Shown piece by piece: positions 50,044 to 62,900 of a stretch of 64,000 bases of DNA (position 1 is its first letter; the number at the start of each line of letters is the position of its first letter). The DNA is taken from the NCBI GenBank assembly GCA_010909165.1, contig VJWM01000025.1, positions 2,542,001 to 2,606,000 of the forward strand, written 5' to 3'. Source of the DNA: Anthoceros angustus. Lineage: Eukaryota; Plantae; Anthocerotophyta. The position numbers and the translations under genes are program-made. Below the pieces are notes generated by a model that worked only from the letters and a program-made list of their open reading frames with translations, made no database searches and was not told the DNA's origin.

Positions 50044-52219
50044 TCAGGACCTGTCAAAGGTGACACCAGCCTTCTGTGCATCCAAGGAGATTCTCGCTGC
50101 ATCCAGCATGTTGCCTGAACCCTTGAATGCATTGTACAGCAGCTTGTAGGTGATGGGATCTGGCTTGCATTTCGACTCCTGCATCCTAGCGTACGTCTGC
50201 TCGGCCTGATGGAACACATCACCCCACTCAGACCCACGTACAGCGACACAGGGCAGTGCAGAGTATTGTGGATGTGACCAGAGACACTGGACAGACCCAA
50301 GGCACACAGAAGGAACAAGTGGGGGAGGCACTGGGTTCAGGATACGCACCGTGGTGCGTCGGCCAGCTTTGATGTACATGCCGATGAGAGTGTTGAAGGT
50401 GGAGGCAGTAGGCTTGTGACCTGCGGCTTCCATCAGCCTGCATATCCGTTCAGCCTCAACCGTGTTCTTCTGGTTGGCATAGGCATTCATGAGGGAGTTG
50501 TATATTGCTGCTTCTGGCTTGCAACCACTGTTCACCATTGCGCTGCATCCCACACACAAGGCCAGCAGCAGCAGAGTCAAGATAGTCTGACATCCATACA
50601 GTAGCAGGATCTCTGGGCGTTCTGCACATGAATCAAAGGGGATCAAATCGGAAGAGGGACCGAGCCCGAACCGGAATATCTTCTCTCCATTCGCAAGCTG
50701 TCCGGACTGACAATACCCGTTTATGACCACAGCATAGGCTATAGAATCGGGCTCTGTGCCTCCGTTTCTCATCTCCACTAAGATGTACTCGGAAATTTCT
50801 GTTTGTCCACAACGTGCATATGCTTCCATGAGTGACGTGTAAGTAATCGCTGTGGCTTCACAACCTGCAGGAGGGAAACGACATGAGTGAGATTAACCTG
50901 GCGAGTATTAACCAAAGCGAACACAAGCAGTTCTTATCACCAGAATTTGCAAGTCCAGGGCACCTACCAGTCTCCTGCATTTTCTCAAACACCTTGCGAG
51001 CTTTATCTGGTGCACCAGCTTTGCTGTAAGCATTGATTAACGCATTGAAAGTTACGATGGTTGGCTCCACTCCATCCTTTTCCATTTGTCCGAGAATGTC
51101 ATCATACTGTTCATGTCTCCCTGCTTTGACATAGGCATTCACCAGAATTGAGTAAGGGACGTCATCTGTTATCGCCCCAGCTTGTAAACCCTTCCTACAA
51201 TGGTTATTCACAGATCGGTCAGTTCCGCAAAAACCCATCTGTGAACTCTATGGACACAAACACCCTGACCAGCATAAGGGAAACACTCAAGCTCCCTACC
51301 TCAGAACGCTCTCTGCCCCCTCCCAAAGGCCTTGGCAGACATAGCCGTGCATCAGGGATGTATATGTGATGGTATCTGGTAGCAAGCCTTGCTTCAGCAT
51401 GAAGTCAAAGACAGCTTCGGCATCTTCCAACATGCCTTCTCTTCCAAAAAGAGTGATCGTTTCCGTGCACAATCTCACATCTGGCTTGCACCTGCACACT
51501 CTCAGCAATTTATCTCATAAGTCTACACCATCTGAGAAAATAGCCAAGCCACACTTATGTAGATCATACAGATGGGACATCAACTCCCTTGTCTCGAGCT
51601 TGGAACACTGTCAAATATTCTGATCCTCGTCGTTACCTGCTCATCATGAGCTGCCGCCACACCTCCTTCATCCTGTCGAAACGCTTCAACTTGCCATATC
51701 CACGAAGAAGGGCCGTGTAGGAGATCACATCAGGTTCATGCCCTCCTTTCTGCAACTCCTCAAAAATCCGCACTGCATCACCCATTCGGCCTTCACTGCC
51801 ATCACATCAAGCCCACCCAGCTTAACTCCACAAGCAGGCAATGCAACAACCATTACATCCTATTTCCAGACATGGCACCGTACCTGGCAAGTTTATGCAA
51901 TGCCATGTTGTACTCCTTCAAGTCCTTCAGGGCATTGGAAGGGGCCAATTCTGCTGACGGCTCATAAATTAGTCAATCTCACGGCTGCCCAAAGTCGCAC
52001 ACCCTAAACCCCATCACACAAGCACAGCACACCCTCACCAGTCTTGCTGCCAGATGCAGCCACCAAGTGGCCAGCAGGCTCCAACAGCGGCGACTGGGAT
52101 TTCTTCGAAGCCACCGAGCATGCCCTTCTACTGCTCTGCTGAATGCCATTGCGGCAGACGGCACTCACAGGCTCAGTAACCAAACCCCCTTGGGTTCCTG
52201 AGCAGGCTGCCAATGCCAT
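50044..52219 (-). CDS. Intron-containing P-class PPR protein with likely organellar transit peptide
   Basis: PDVISYTALL, PDTITYTSLMHGY, PTIVTFNALINAYSKAG, PDSIAYAVVINGYCQSG, PEAAIYNSLMNAY, PDPITYKLL; Ser/Ala-rich N-terminus MALAACSG. Confidence 0.9.
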
Positions 52220-52510
52220 ACCCGACGCTGGGCTACAGGACGAAGTGAAGAATTCTATCTCAGTCCATTCTAGGTGCGCCACCAAAACCCCAGGTGGGGG
52301 GAGCTGTATATGCGGCTCGTTCAAACCTTAGCACAGACGTATACTGTACCCACAATCTGCTCCGGAACAAGGTGGGCGTGGGTTCTTCACATGTCAAGCA
52401 AATCGGTGCCGGCAGGCGGAGGGGCAGTCTGGTCCTGAGCTAGCGCGAGTTTTTGTTTTTCCGCAAGGTTTTGCTTTTCTGCGAGCTTTGAGGATCAAGC
52501 GGGGGAAGAG

Positions 52511-53978
52511 ATGAGAGGGGCCGTGTTGTCCCACTTGAGCGAGGGGCATCGGAGCCGCCTCTCACGAGCTCAGGAAGGATTGAAGGATGCCAGGGGCAAC
52601 GTCCCGTCTTCGGCGTTCGTGAATGTCGGGGATACAATTTCTGTCGATCACGAGGCCGGCTTTCTGAGGTACGATGCGGCAGCTGCAGCACGGGTGAGTG
52701 AGAAGTTGGGTTCATGTCCCGGTCAGGTATGGACTGATGCCTCTGCAGGGGCCATGGAACGCAGCTGGTCAATGGAGAGCTCCTGGCCACGGTCTGTGGG
52801 GTTGTGGAACGAGTGAACAAGCTTGTCTCTGTGCGGCCCTTGAGATCCAGGTGAGGGAGAGGCTTCGGGAATTGCAGTCATGTGTCTGTGTTTGTTCTGA
52901 GGAAGAGCTAATCCCAGCTCGGCCATGCTGCTGTCTGTAGGTATAATCCGGAGACCGGGGATGTTGTGGTTGGTCGAATTACGGAGGTTAGAGATTTGCT
53001 GTAGAGTCTGTTCTGCATCATTTGTGAAGCAAGCTCAGTATGAGTAGTGTTCCCTTCGTCCCCGCATGAAGAAGAATGCTGCTTGTGCAGGTTGCACCTA
53101 AAAGATGGAAGGTGGATGTTAACTCAAGGCAAGATGCACAACTGATGTTGTCCTCTGTCAACCTACCAGGCGGCGTTCAGGTTCCATCAAGCCTGGGATG
53201 TCTAGAGATTGTCTGTGTTGTGCTTGGTTCATGGCAACTCTAACGGTGTGTGTCTTTTCCTTGCAGAGGCGGCGGACAACTGTGGATGAATTGAATATGC
53301 GATCTCTGTTCGAAGAGATGGACCTAATCAGTGTAAGCAACTTCTTGAACATCCAGCTTCCCAAGTTCTTCTGTAAACGGTGAAGCTGATCCTGTGGTCT
53401 CCCAGGCTGAAGTGCAGAGCATACACCAGGATGGGTCACTTCACTTACATACCCGAAGTCTCAAATACGGCAAGGTCTGTCAGACTTCCCTCCGAGCGTT
53501 GTTTCGCTACTATTTCTGAAAGCGGCATGGTGACAGCGTACTTCGGTGCTTTGCTCTGCAGCTTCAAAACGGGCAACTGGTCAGTGCAGCCCCGTATCTC
53601 ATCAAGCGCTTGAGGCAACACTTCCACCAGTTGAAGCAGTACGGGTTGGAGATGATCATCGGTTGCAATGGGAATATTTGGATCTCAGCTCCTTCCGAGA
53701 CCGCAACAGTTGAGGGTCCCAAGAGGGTTGGTGCAGCTCCGACTGAGGAGAAGCAAGCAATCAAGGATGTACCACTTGAACTCCGCAAAAAGATTTGCAG
53801 ATTTGCAAATGCTGTGCGTGTGCTTAGCATATTGGGGCTTTACATACATCCGGATTCCATAGTTGATACCTATGAATCCAGTTTGCAATGGAACATTGAG
53901 ATCAAGGACATGTCGGCACCGGACTTTCTCCTGCGTATAGTTGAAAAGGAGTTGCAGCGTAGAACAGAGAATATCTAA
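52511..53978 (+). CDS. RRP4: Exosome cap subunit RRP4 (EXOSC2), multi-exon
   Basis: GFLR|GHGT..ATVCGVVERVNKLVSV, YNPETGDVVVGRITE|VAPKRW, RRRTTVDELNMRS, IIGCNGNIWI. Confidence 0.96.
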
Positions 53979-54007
53979 GACTCCGAATGTCCAATTTTTG
54001 CTACCAT

Positions 54008-56178
54008 CTAGTTCGCGGCAACCAGGTGACCAGACTCCACAGTTGTGCCAGACTGCTGCAATGCGCTCTCAAAAAACCCTGCCCACTGGCCAGGTGCTTG
54101 TGCCAGTGGGGGTGCGAACAGGGAGATGATGTCCCGCAAGGTAATCACACCTACAACTTGCTTCCTGTCGTCCACCAGATAACCTCTTTCACTGCGCGCA
54201 TTGATGAGCTTCTCCATGGTGTCCTTCAGGCTGTCCTCAGGCTTGCTTGTCACAGGCTCCGACATCTTGGGCATGGAAAGGGATGCCACACTCAGTGTGG
54301 CGACTGAAATGGACGTAGCTAGCTGGTCCTCGACAGCATTGTATGGATGGGATGGCTGTTCTTCCAAGCTGCTAGAGTCCACCTTCAAAAACTCTTCCAC
54401 TGTGATGGACCTGCGGACAGGCTTCAGAAGATGAGCGCCAAAATCTCATAGCGCCTTCCGTCTATATGTACTGTCTGCATCTTGCGCACTAACCTTCGTC
54501 TGTTGAAAAGATCCGCCTCGTCCAACAACAAACGCACGTCTGTGCTCCTCACGTTACCAAAAAGCTGGTTGCTTTCACGGTCAATCACAGGCACGCAGTT
54601 GATTCGGTCCTTCCACATACATTCCAGGGCAGAGGAAAGTTTGTCGTCACCAAAAACGGAGAGTATCTTCCCTGCATTTTGATCTGCTTGAAACCTACAG
54701 AGATACCAGCATGATTGGTGATGGTGAGTGCCAGATTTGAGTGCTTCATTTGGTGGTGACAGTTTTCGAAAAGGGGACAGTAGTCGACCTGTAAGCACTC
54801 AGAGGTTTTTCTGCTATGGCGTCGAACCAGCTCAGCCCTGCCAGTTGCAAAAGCAGTTGCACAGCTGCAGCCTTCATGAAAGTAAAACAGCAATCCCAAT
54901 GTAATACCAGAAGTGGCAGCATTCAAGGTGAGGCAAGCAAGCTAATGCTGAAGAAAAACCCCCAAAACAGGTGAGCTGTAAACCAGATCCAAAACTTCAA
55001 AAAATTCCGCACCTGGGTAATGAATGCGGTGACTTTGGGGTTGTTGACGTCCACCAAAGGAACCGCTTTCAGCTTGTGCTTCGACAGAAGCAGCAAAGCA
55101 TGTAGGAGGGAATCCTCTGGATGAACAGGGAGAAATGCTCCCCAGCGAAATGACTTGGCCAGGGTCTCAACCTGTGATATGTTTGTTAAGGACCATGTGC
55201 TGTTCCTGTAAATGCCAAGTCTGATTCCTTGGTCTTTCAAGTACAGACTTCTAGGAAAACACTCAAGCGCGTAGAAATTCACCTTTGCACACCGAACCCT
55301 ATCGAGCTTATTGAGAAGACCGAAGAACCCCATCTCTTCAAACTCCTGTTTTGTTTCCTGCTCCTGCTGCTCATTCCGGTCCTTGTCATCTTTCTTGCCT
55401 AACCTGTCCCCAAGAGCCTTCAAGATGCCCTTAGTCTGTTGTAAATCCCCTGCACCTCCAGATTCTGCAACCAGGCTACTCGTGTTGGCTTGAATGGTTT
55501 GGTCAGCCAAACGCCTCAGATCCGCGTTATCAGTATTGAGAGAGTATTGATCTGTCTCCTCATCTTTGACTAACAGGCCTGTTACCTGCGCCTCCGCCTC
55601 CTCCACTTCAATCTCCTAAACTCGAAGCACACAACGCAAGTGAGACCATGGATCAGACCAATCCTACTCTCACGTCACTCAGGCCACTACCGACCTTTCC
55701 TTCCGAGATGCAATTTACCTGAAGAGCCCAGAGCACCATTCCGGTGAAGTCCACAAGGCCTATATAACGATCTGCCAAAGAAACAGTTTCCGGCTGCGAT
55801 GCATCTCGCACTGGAGCTCCCATCACGTTCTCCTTGTACAGACGGATGATGGCGTTCCCCATAGTCTCATCAGAAGCCAACTCCACCACTGCATTACACA
55901 AGCCCTTGCCTCACTCTAGACGCTCACACAATTTGAAGTTCAACCAAAACATGGCCACGAATGGACGGACGCATACCTCCTTCATTGCGGATCCCGGGGA
56001 TGGAAAATAGAGGAATCCGATCGAAGAATAACTTCAAAGCCTCTGTGGGTTGCACCGGGTGATTGCATGTCTCCCCTTCCTGTTCTGCCTTCTCTAAATT
56101 CTCGATTACACTTGACTTCTTCTCCTGCAAGCTCCTCTCCGTGTCAGACACAATACGTTGTAGAATCCTCGCGTCCAT
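54008..56178 (-). CDS. CBS-domain protein, SnRK1 gamma-1-like (KING1-like), multi-exon
   Basis: LKLFFDRIP..IPG, APVRDA..DRYIGLVDF, KSFRWGAFLPVHPEDSLLHALLLLSKH, GVITLRDIISLFAPP..FFES. Confidence 0.88.
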
Positions 56179-56553
56179 GTCTGGTGGCTTTCAATCGCGG
56201 CCTGTATACAGGCTCGCTCACCACTTCCACAAATCCAGAATTGGCGACTTCCCGGAGTTTGAAGACATGGTCCTGAGGTCCCTCTGTAGAGTGGCGTTGG
56301 CGGTGCCAAGTGTCCAACAGGTGTCGACGCCTGGTTCCACGAGTGCGCAGTTTATGTTTTTGTGACCACATTGTTTTTCTTCCTCTATGCGTTTCTTGGA
56401 TAAAAACTAGGCAGTATCCATGTTGTCTCAACACGTCATGATCTCGTTTCCCCGTAGTTAGGTACTGTTAAGGTGTATCTGACTTTAAGCGTCAACTATG
56501 TATCCGGACCTACAGACACATGCATGGGAAGGTAAGGTTACTAGACCGTATTC

Positions 56554-59481
56554 TTGCCCGTGATAAGATTGTACCAAATACTGACAGGGTCACCCTTCAG
56601 ACTATCAGCATATGGCGAGTTGAAACTGAGCGATGAACTGGCTGCAATGAACCCGATCAAGCAGGCATACGCCTACATCAAGGGTGATAGGGTGAGGTCA
56701 CTGCAAGAGGATCTGTCTACTGTAATTCACAGCACCACAGGTCCACTCAACAGATTACACACAAATGGTTAGATGTGTCCTTCACACACCTTTCTGCACA
56801 AGAAATCAAGGTCACAGTGCGAGAGTTCAAGAGAGCGTGGCCCCAACGTCAATAAGGGAGAGATCCTCTTAAGCATGGGCACAAGGATACAGGCTCTCGG
56901 CCTGTTTTTGTTGTACTTGCCCCGGAGCAGGAAAATGGAATACAATTTTATAGGATGTCTAAGGCATCTTTTCCTACGCTTTAACTACAGTGACAGTCTT
57001 GTAAGTTGTGGCCACTCACGTTTTCCCATAGCCAGTCTCTATAGCTCCTGGATGCCCGCTCTCATGTCCACAGTACTCATGCTGGCTCTTTTTTGACAAA
57101 AGCACAATCTAATCTTCCTCCTAATACCTGGCACACCCCGGCTGAGGCCTGGATCCTCATCCTTCGATGTTATCCCCAACGAATATAACCACTCCACACA
57201 TACATAAGTGAGCCCCGGATTCAGTAAGCTCAAACTCAAACTTGAACTCTAGCAACTAATCAGCAGCCAAGGCTCAAGTTTCAAACACAGCCCCTGATTG
57301 TGACACACACACACACACTAAAACAAATAGCATCTATGGCCACTAAAGATTTCAGTAGCAATTATTTTAACTGGCCTTACTAGCATCCTTCCCATGGGTT
57401 CTCTTGTGAAATCCTCTTAGGAGAGTAGCAATTCCCTCAACCAGCTCGAGCTCGTCATCTTCAGCAACAGTGACATCTCCACTTTCTTCTGCTCCAAGGA
57501 TACTGCTTCATTCACCACCATGGTCAGGTCTCCTTAAAACACGACTTTGAGAGACCTGAAAGTTTCTCAAAATCTCCCAAGATTCTTCACACATACTTCC
57601 CCATCGGAACCAAGAGATATCTTTCTTCAGAATAGCAACAAAAGGTGTTATTATCCTGTACTAGCTTGCCACCTCACTGCTCTTTCCTGTGGATCGAAGA
57701 TGAACCATCCACGCTTGTAGCTCTCCATGTGATTCAGGACGCCTTCGATTGAAAGCCTCCCCATCCACCCCCAATGATTCTACACCGGCGGTTATCTGGT
57801 GTAGCCAGATATGGAGCCTTAAGTTGCTCCAGGCCTCATGAACTTCCTCAGCCCAGCAAAAAAAATCAGCTTGAGAAGCCTGAAGAAGAACCTTCTTGTA
57901 CCTATCAAACTCCTCCACAAGACACCAAGAGTTGTGTCTTTCACAGTAAGCCAACCAAGACAAGATCTCCTTCCTGCTCCTGGGCCTTTGTAAGGTCTGA
58001 GGATCAAAGGCAAGAAGGAAGGATGCCATGGGAGGATACTCTACTGAGACCTCAGGAGACTTATTTTTTTTATACTCAGCACTATTCGACTCTAAAGGAT
58101 AAGCACAACTACCACCTCAACCACACACACACACTTTCCTCTACAAGACAATAACTCTAAGAAGGTATCCTCAGCCAGATGCCTTCGGGAGCACATTATT
58201 GGCCTCAAACACCTGTACATGACCTATGTAATACCTACGACACACATGCCAAGTACGTCAGGAAAGCATGTGAACGACTCTGGTCTAGCAGCATTAACGC
58301 AAAAATAGCACTTTACACTACATACACACAAAGCTTTCAAAAATAGAATTTCTTGAGATGTGAGCCACTCACAGTTTCTGCCCTTTCCAGCAGTGGTGGT
58401 ACCAAGATAGTAACAGCTCCAAAATCATGTACCTCTTTTACCAAGAGCGGACCTTCCAGTAAGTTTGAGTTTGTTGGCAACTTCTCTTTTAAGATACCTC
58501 CTCATATTGAGCCTCAATACCCAGCACCTTTCTGAGTATCGCTAGCTTAGTGGAGATAGGGGCGGTTTTCATTCATTGTGATCGGGTCTTTATACATGTC
58601 TTTGAGGACTTGCCGAAATAGGCGTCCACAACAACCGAGGTTGTTGGGCGTTAAATTTGTTAAAGTTAGTTTTCCCTAAGTAAAATATTTAATCCTGTTT
58701 AGCGGCTAGTTAATCTAGGGTTATTTACCGATTCGACTTAACGGCTACACAAAGATAGGTTAAATCAAAATCGTGTTCAACTTGGTTGCTGTTTACGTTC
58801 TGTGATTCTCGTTAGGTACTATACGGGTCGGTTCCTGCTGCCTCGTCCATTATGGTGGACGTTCAGGTCTTCTACCTTGCAGTGGCCATTGTTGTCGTGT
58901 GTCATTCTCCCCACTTAAGTGGCGAGGTCCTCTGGCCGATCTATCTGGGATCTCGGGAAGGCATCTGAGCCCGCAAGTGAGGGAAGTGATTGCAAAAGGC
59001 TGCGGGTTCCAGTGCGACCTCGGGAGACTTATTTTTTATACTCGGCACTATTCGACTCTAAAGGATAAGCACAACTACCACCTCAACCACACACACACTT
59101 TCCTCTACAAGACAATAACTCTAAGAAGGTATCCTCGGCGGATGCCTTGGGGAGCACATTATTGGCCTCAAACACATACATGACCTATGTAATACCTCGA
59201 CACACATGCCAATCGTCGGAAAGCATGTGAGCGACTCTGGTCTCGCATTAGCATAAAATAGCACTTTACACTACATACACACAAAGCTTTCAAAAATAGA
59301 ATTTCTTGAGATGTGAGCCACTCACAGTTTCTGCCCTTTCCAGCAGTGGTGGTACCAAGATAGTAACAGCTCCAAAATCATGTACCTCTTTTACCAAGAA
59401 CGGACCTTCCCAGCGGGGTTTGAGTTTGTTGGCAACTTCTCTTTTAAGATACCTCCTCATGTTGAGCCTCAATACCCAGCC
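56554..59481 (-). mobile_element. 3' remnant of an Athila/Tat-like Gypsy: integrase C-terminus and downstream extra ORFs
   Basis: KLKPRWEGPFLVKEVHDFGAV..VSGSHLKKF (59290-59480, duplicated at ~58340-58525), followed by ORF 57661..58029. Confidence 0.65.
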
Positions 59482-59975
59482 TGCTACGACCGTATACGCT
59501 AGCTTAGTGGAGATAGGACGGTTTTCATTCATTGTGATCGGGTCTTTATACATGTGCTGGGGACTTGCCAAGAAATAGGCGTCCACAACAACGAGGTTGT
59601 TGGGCGTTAAATTTGTTAAAGTTAGTTTTCCTAAGTAAAATATTTAATCCTGTTTAGCGGCTAGTTAATCTAGGGTTATTTACCGATTCGACTTAACGGC
59701 TACACAAAGATAGGTTAAATCAAAATCGTGTTCAACTTGGTTGCTGTTTACGTTCTGTGATTCTCGTTAGGTACCTTACGGGTCGGTTCCTGCTGCCTCG
59801 TCCATTATGGGCGGCCGTTCAGATTAGCTACACCAGGGTGGCCATTGTTGTCGTGTGTCATTCTCCCCATAGTGGCGAGGTCCTCTGGCCGATCTATCTG
59901 GGATCTCGGGAAGGCATCGAGCCCGCAAGTGAGGGAAGTGATTGCAAAAGGCTGCGGGTTCCCAGTCGCCTCGGG
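58052..59975. repeat. ~970-bp direct tandem duplication (58052-59022 / 59023-59975)
   Basis: Both copies begin ggagacttatttttt.atactc and contain the integrase end, LTR, PPT and chromodomain tail. Confidence 0.9.
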
Positions 59976-62900
59976 TTCACTGTCCGAGCCACGAGGTCAT
60001 CACACAGTGAGGAGGCGGGCTGGGCTGTCCGTGGAGGATCTGATGGGGTTGGTGAGGGCCAAAACTTGGCGGCTGGGCTAGGGTAGCCAGACAGTGTCTG
60101 GAGCAGGCGGAAGTGGCGGGTGGGGCAGCGGAGGCTGGGCGGGGCTGGGAAGAAGGGTGTGGTCCTGGTTGCTGGGTGGTAGAAGAATCTGGTGGGTTTG
60201 CAGGTAGGGTTGTGGCGGCGGGTGGCGGGCGGGAGATCACCGGCTTGAGCATGGAGACGTGAAACGTCCTGCAGAGACGCCAGTCAGCGGGGAGGTCGAG
60301 CTGGTATGCTACTGGGTTGATCTGCCTGGACATTGTGAAGGGTCCTGCGTACCGGTAGGATAGCTTGTCCCGTGACTGGATTAGAGCTGGGTAGCGGTGA
60401 GGTTTCACGCGAAGGCATACCTGTTGGCCCGGCATGTTGTTGCCCGGCGGTGTTTATTGGGCGATTTGCGGGATGCATCTCGAGGCGGAGTTTCTCCTTC
60501 GCCGACTTGACCTCATGCCAGATATCCTCCGCAACCTCAGCTGCACTGCGCCACTTCTCCTGGCTGCTGGGCCATAAGCCGGGTGGTGGCGGAGTTTCTC
60601 CATAGAGGAGCTTGAACGGGGCCACCCCTGTAGCCGCATGCTTCGACGAGTTGTAGGCGTACTCCAGCACAGGGAGGAGTTCTTCCCACCTAGTTTGTTT
60701 CTCATGAGTGAAGTGACGAAGCATGTCTTCCAGAACTTGGTTCTGTTTCTCAGTTTGCCCGTCTGTTTCTGGATGATATGCTGACGACATGTTTTGCTTG
60801 ATGCCGAGGGTTTCCATGAATGTCCTCCAGAACCCGGAGGTGAACTTAGCATCTCGGTCAGAGACGATGTCTTCTGGGGCTCCATGTAACCTGAAGATCT
60901 CCCGGACGAAGACTCCTGCTAGCTTGGCTGCTGTGATGGTGGAGGTCACAGGGACAAAATGGCAGACCTTGGAGAACATCGGTGACCACCCAAATCATCC
61001 TTTCCGAGGCAGTCGTGGCAGGTGGGTGATGAAGTCCATGGCAATTGACCTGAATCGCCCGCTTGGAATTTGCGGTAGAGCGGACTGGCGTCTTGATGGG
61101 TGGGCTTGGCTTCTGGCGAGATTGGCGAGGCGAACCCATTCGATGCGATCGGTAGCGCATCCCTTCCCAATGGAAGTGCTCCTTGACTTTGGCATATGTC
61201 TTGTCAATGCCCAGGTGACCCGCAATGGGTGAATCATGCATGTCATGCAGGATGGCCTGTTTCACCTCCGTGAGCTGTGAAGGGATGACCAGTCGCCCCT
61301 TACGATACACACAAGCGTCCTGGAGGGATACTGCTGGGTAAGGGCCGTAGGAACCCCTGTCTGTGCATCTGTCAACAGCTGTCTGTACAGTTGCAACAAG
61401 ACTGGGTCCTGGGGAATGCCATCCCGGACTAACTGGGTTGTTTGGGACTGCGTCCTCATGAGGGTGCAAGCACGTCGACTCAAGGCATCTGCAACCACAT
61501 TAGTTGAGCCTGACACATACTGGATCTCCAAGTGGTAGTCTGCCAGAGCTTCAGCCCATCGTCGCTGTCGAGCATTCAAGTTGGGCTGAGAGAAGAAATG
61601 CTGCAAGGAGTGGTGATCTGTGTGACACACTACTTTCTGTCCCAGGAGGTAATGTCGCCATACTTTCAGAGCATGTGTAATGGCCAGCATTTCCTTATCA
61701 TGTACTGGATAGTTTAGCTGTGCTCCTTGCAACTTCACCTTTCGTGGCGATTGCCCTCCTTCTTTGGGAGCGCCCCTATGGCATAGTCGGCCGTCTATGG
61801 ATGGTGTATGGCATGTGAGGATGCCACGGCGATCTTGGGAGAGCCAAGGGCACTTGGCTCAAAAGGCTGCCTCGGCTCCATTTGGATGGGCTTGTTTGTG
61901 GAATGCCTAAGGGCATCCGTCAAAGTCTGTGATCTCTGAATCCCTTGATAAAGCGCTGTAAAGAAGCCATACCCGGAACCCTCGTGGGTTATGTCACGTG
62001 AGGCCGATTCATCACCGACCTTACGCGTGTCAACCTGGATGCCCTCTGCACTGATCACATGGCCCAGGTATTCACATCTTTCTCTCATGAAGACGCACTT
62101 GCTTCTCTTGGCTAGTTTGTTGGCCCATGACAAATCGGCACCTTCCTAACGATTGGAGATGTGTTTGGTCGAGGGGTGTAGATGAGAATGTCATCCAGGA
62201 AGACTTCAACGCCATGTCCCAACAAGTGCCGCAGCACTTCCTGCATGAGACACTGGAAGGTGGCAGGAGCATTGGTGAGACCAAACGGCATTACCCTGAA
62301 CTCGAAATGTCCATGTCGAGTTCGAAAGGCTGTCTTGTGTTCATCTCCTGACCTAATTCGGATCTGGTGGAAACCAGATCGAAGATCAATCTTAGTGAAC
62401 AGCTTGGCTCCATGCAGCTGGTCGAGGATCTCGTCAATCCTTGGCATCTGGTAGACATTCCTCACGGTGGCTCGATTGAGCCCTCGATAATCTATGCACA
62501 GTCGCCAACCTCCATCTGGCTTGGCCACTAAGAGGACTGGAGCACCAAAGGGGGACACAGAGGGTTGCACAAAACCTTTTTGTAAGAACTCATCGACCTG
62601 TTTCTTGATCTCCTCGTTTTCCATTATAGATGTCCTGTAAGGCTGGATACTAACCGGTTTGTGGCCTGGTAGCAGCTCAATGGCATGGTCCACGGGTCTC
62701 CGAGGGGGGAGCTCCGTGGGTTCAGCAAACACATCCTGGTATTCCCGGAGCAGGTCCTTCATAGGTTGTGGTAACTGGTCCTCGTGGGCCTTGGCTTCTA
62801 CGGCCCTTGACTCCGCAGTGCCTTCTAAGGGAAGCACCTTCTTGAGCTTTGCTATGTACAGGAATCTGCCCATGGCAGTTGCTTTATTGAGAGCAGAGAC

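Noticed and set aside
59290-59586. 98-aa ORF as a gene
   Set aside because: Chance fusion of LTR sequence to an integrase C-terminal remnant.
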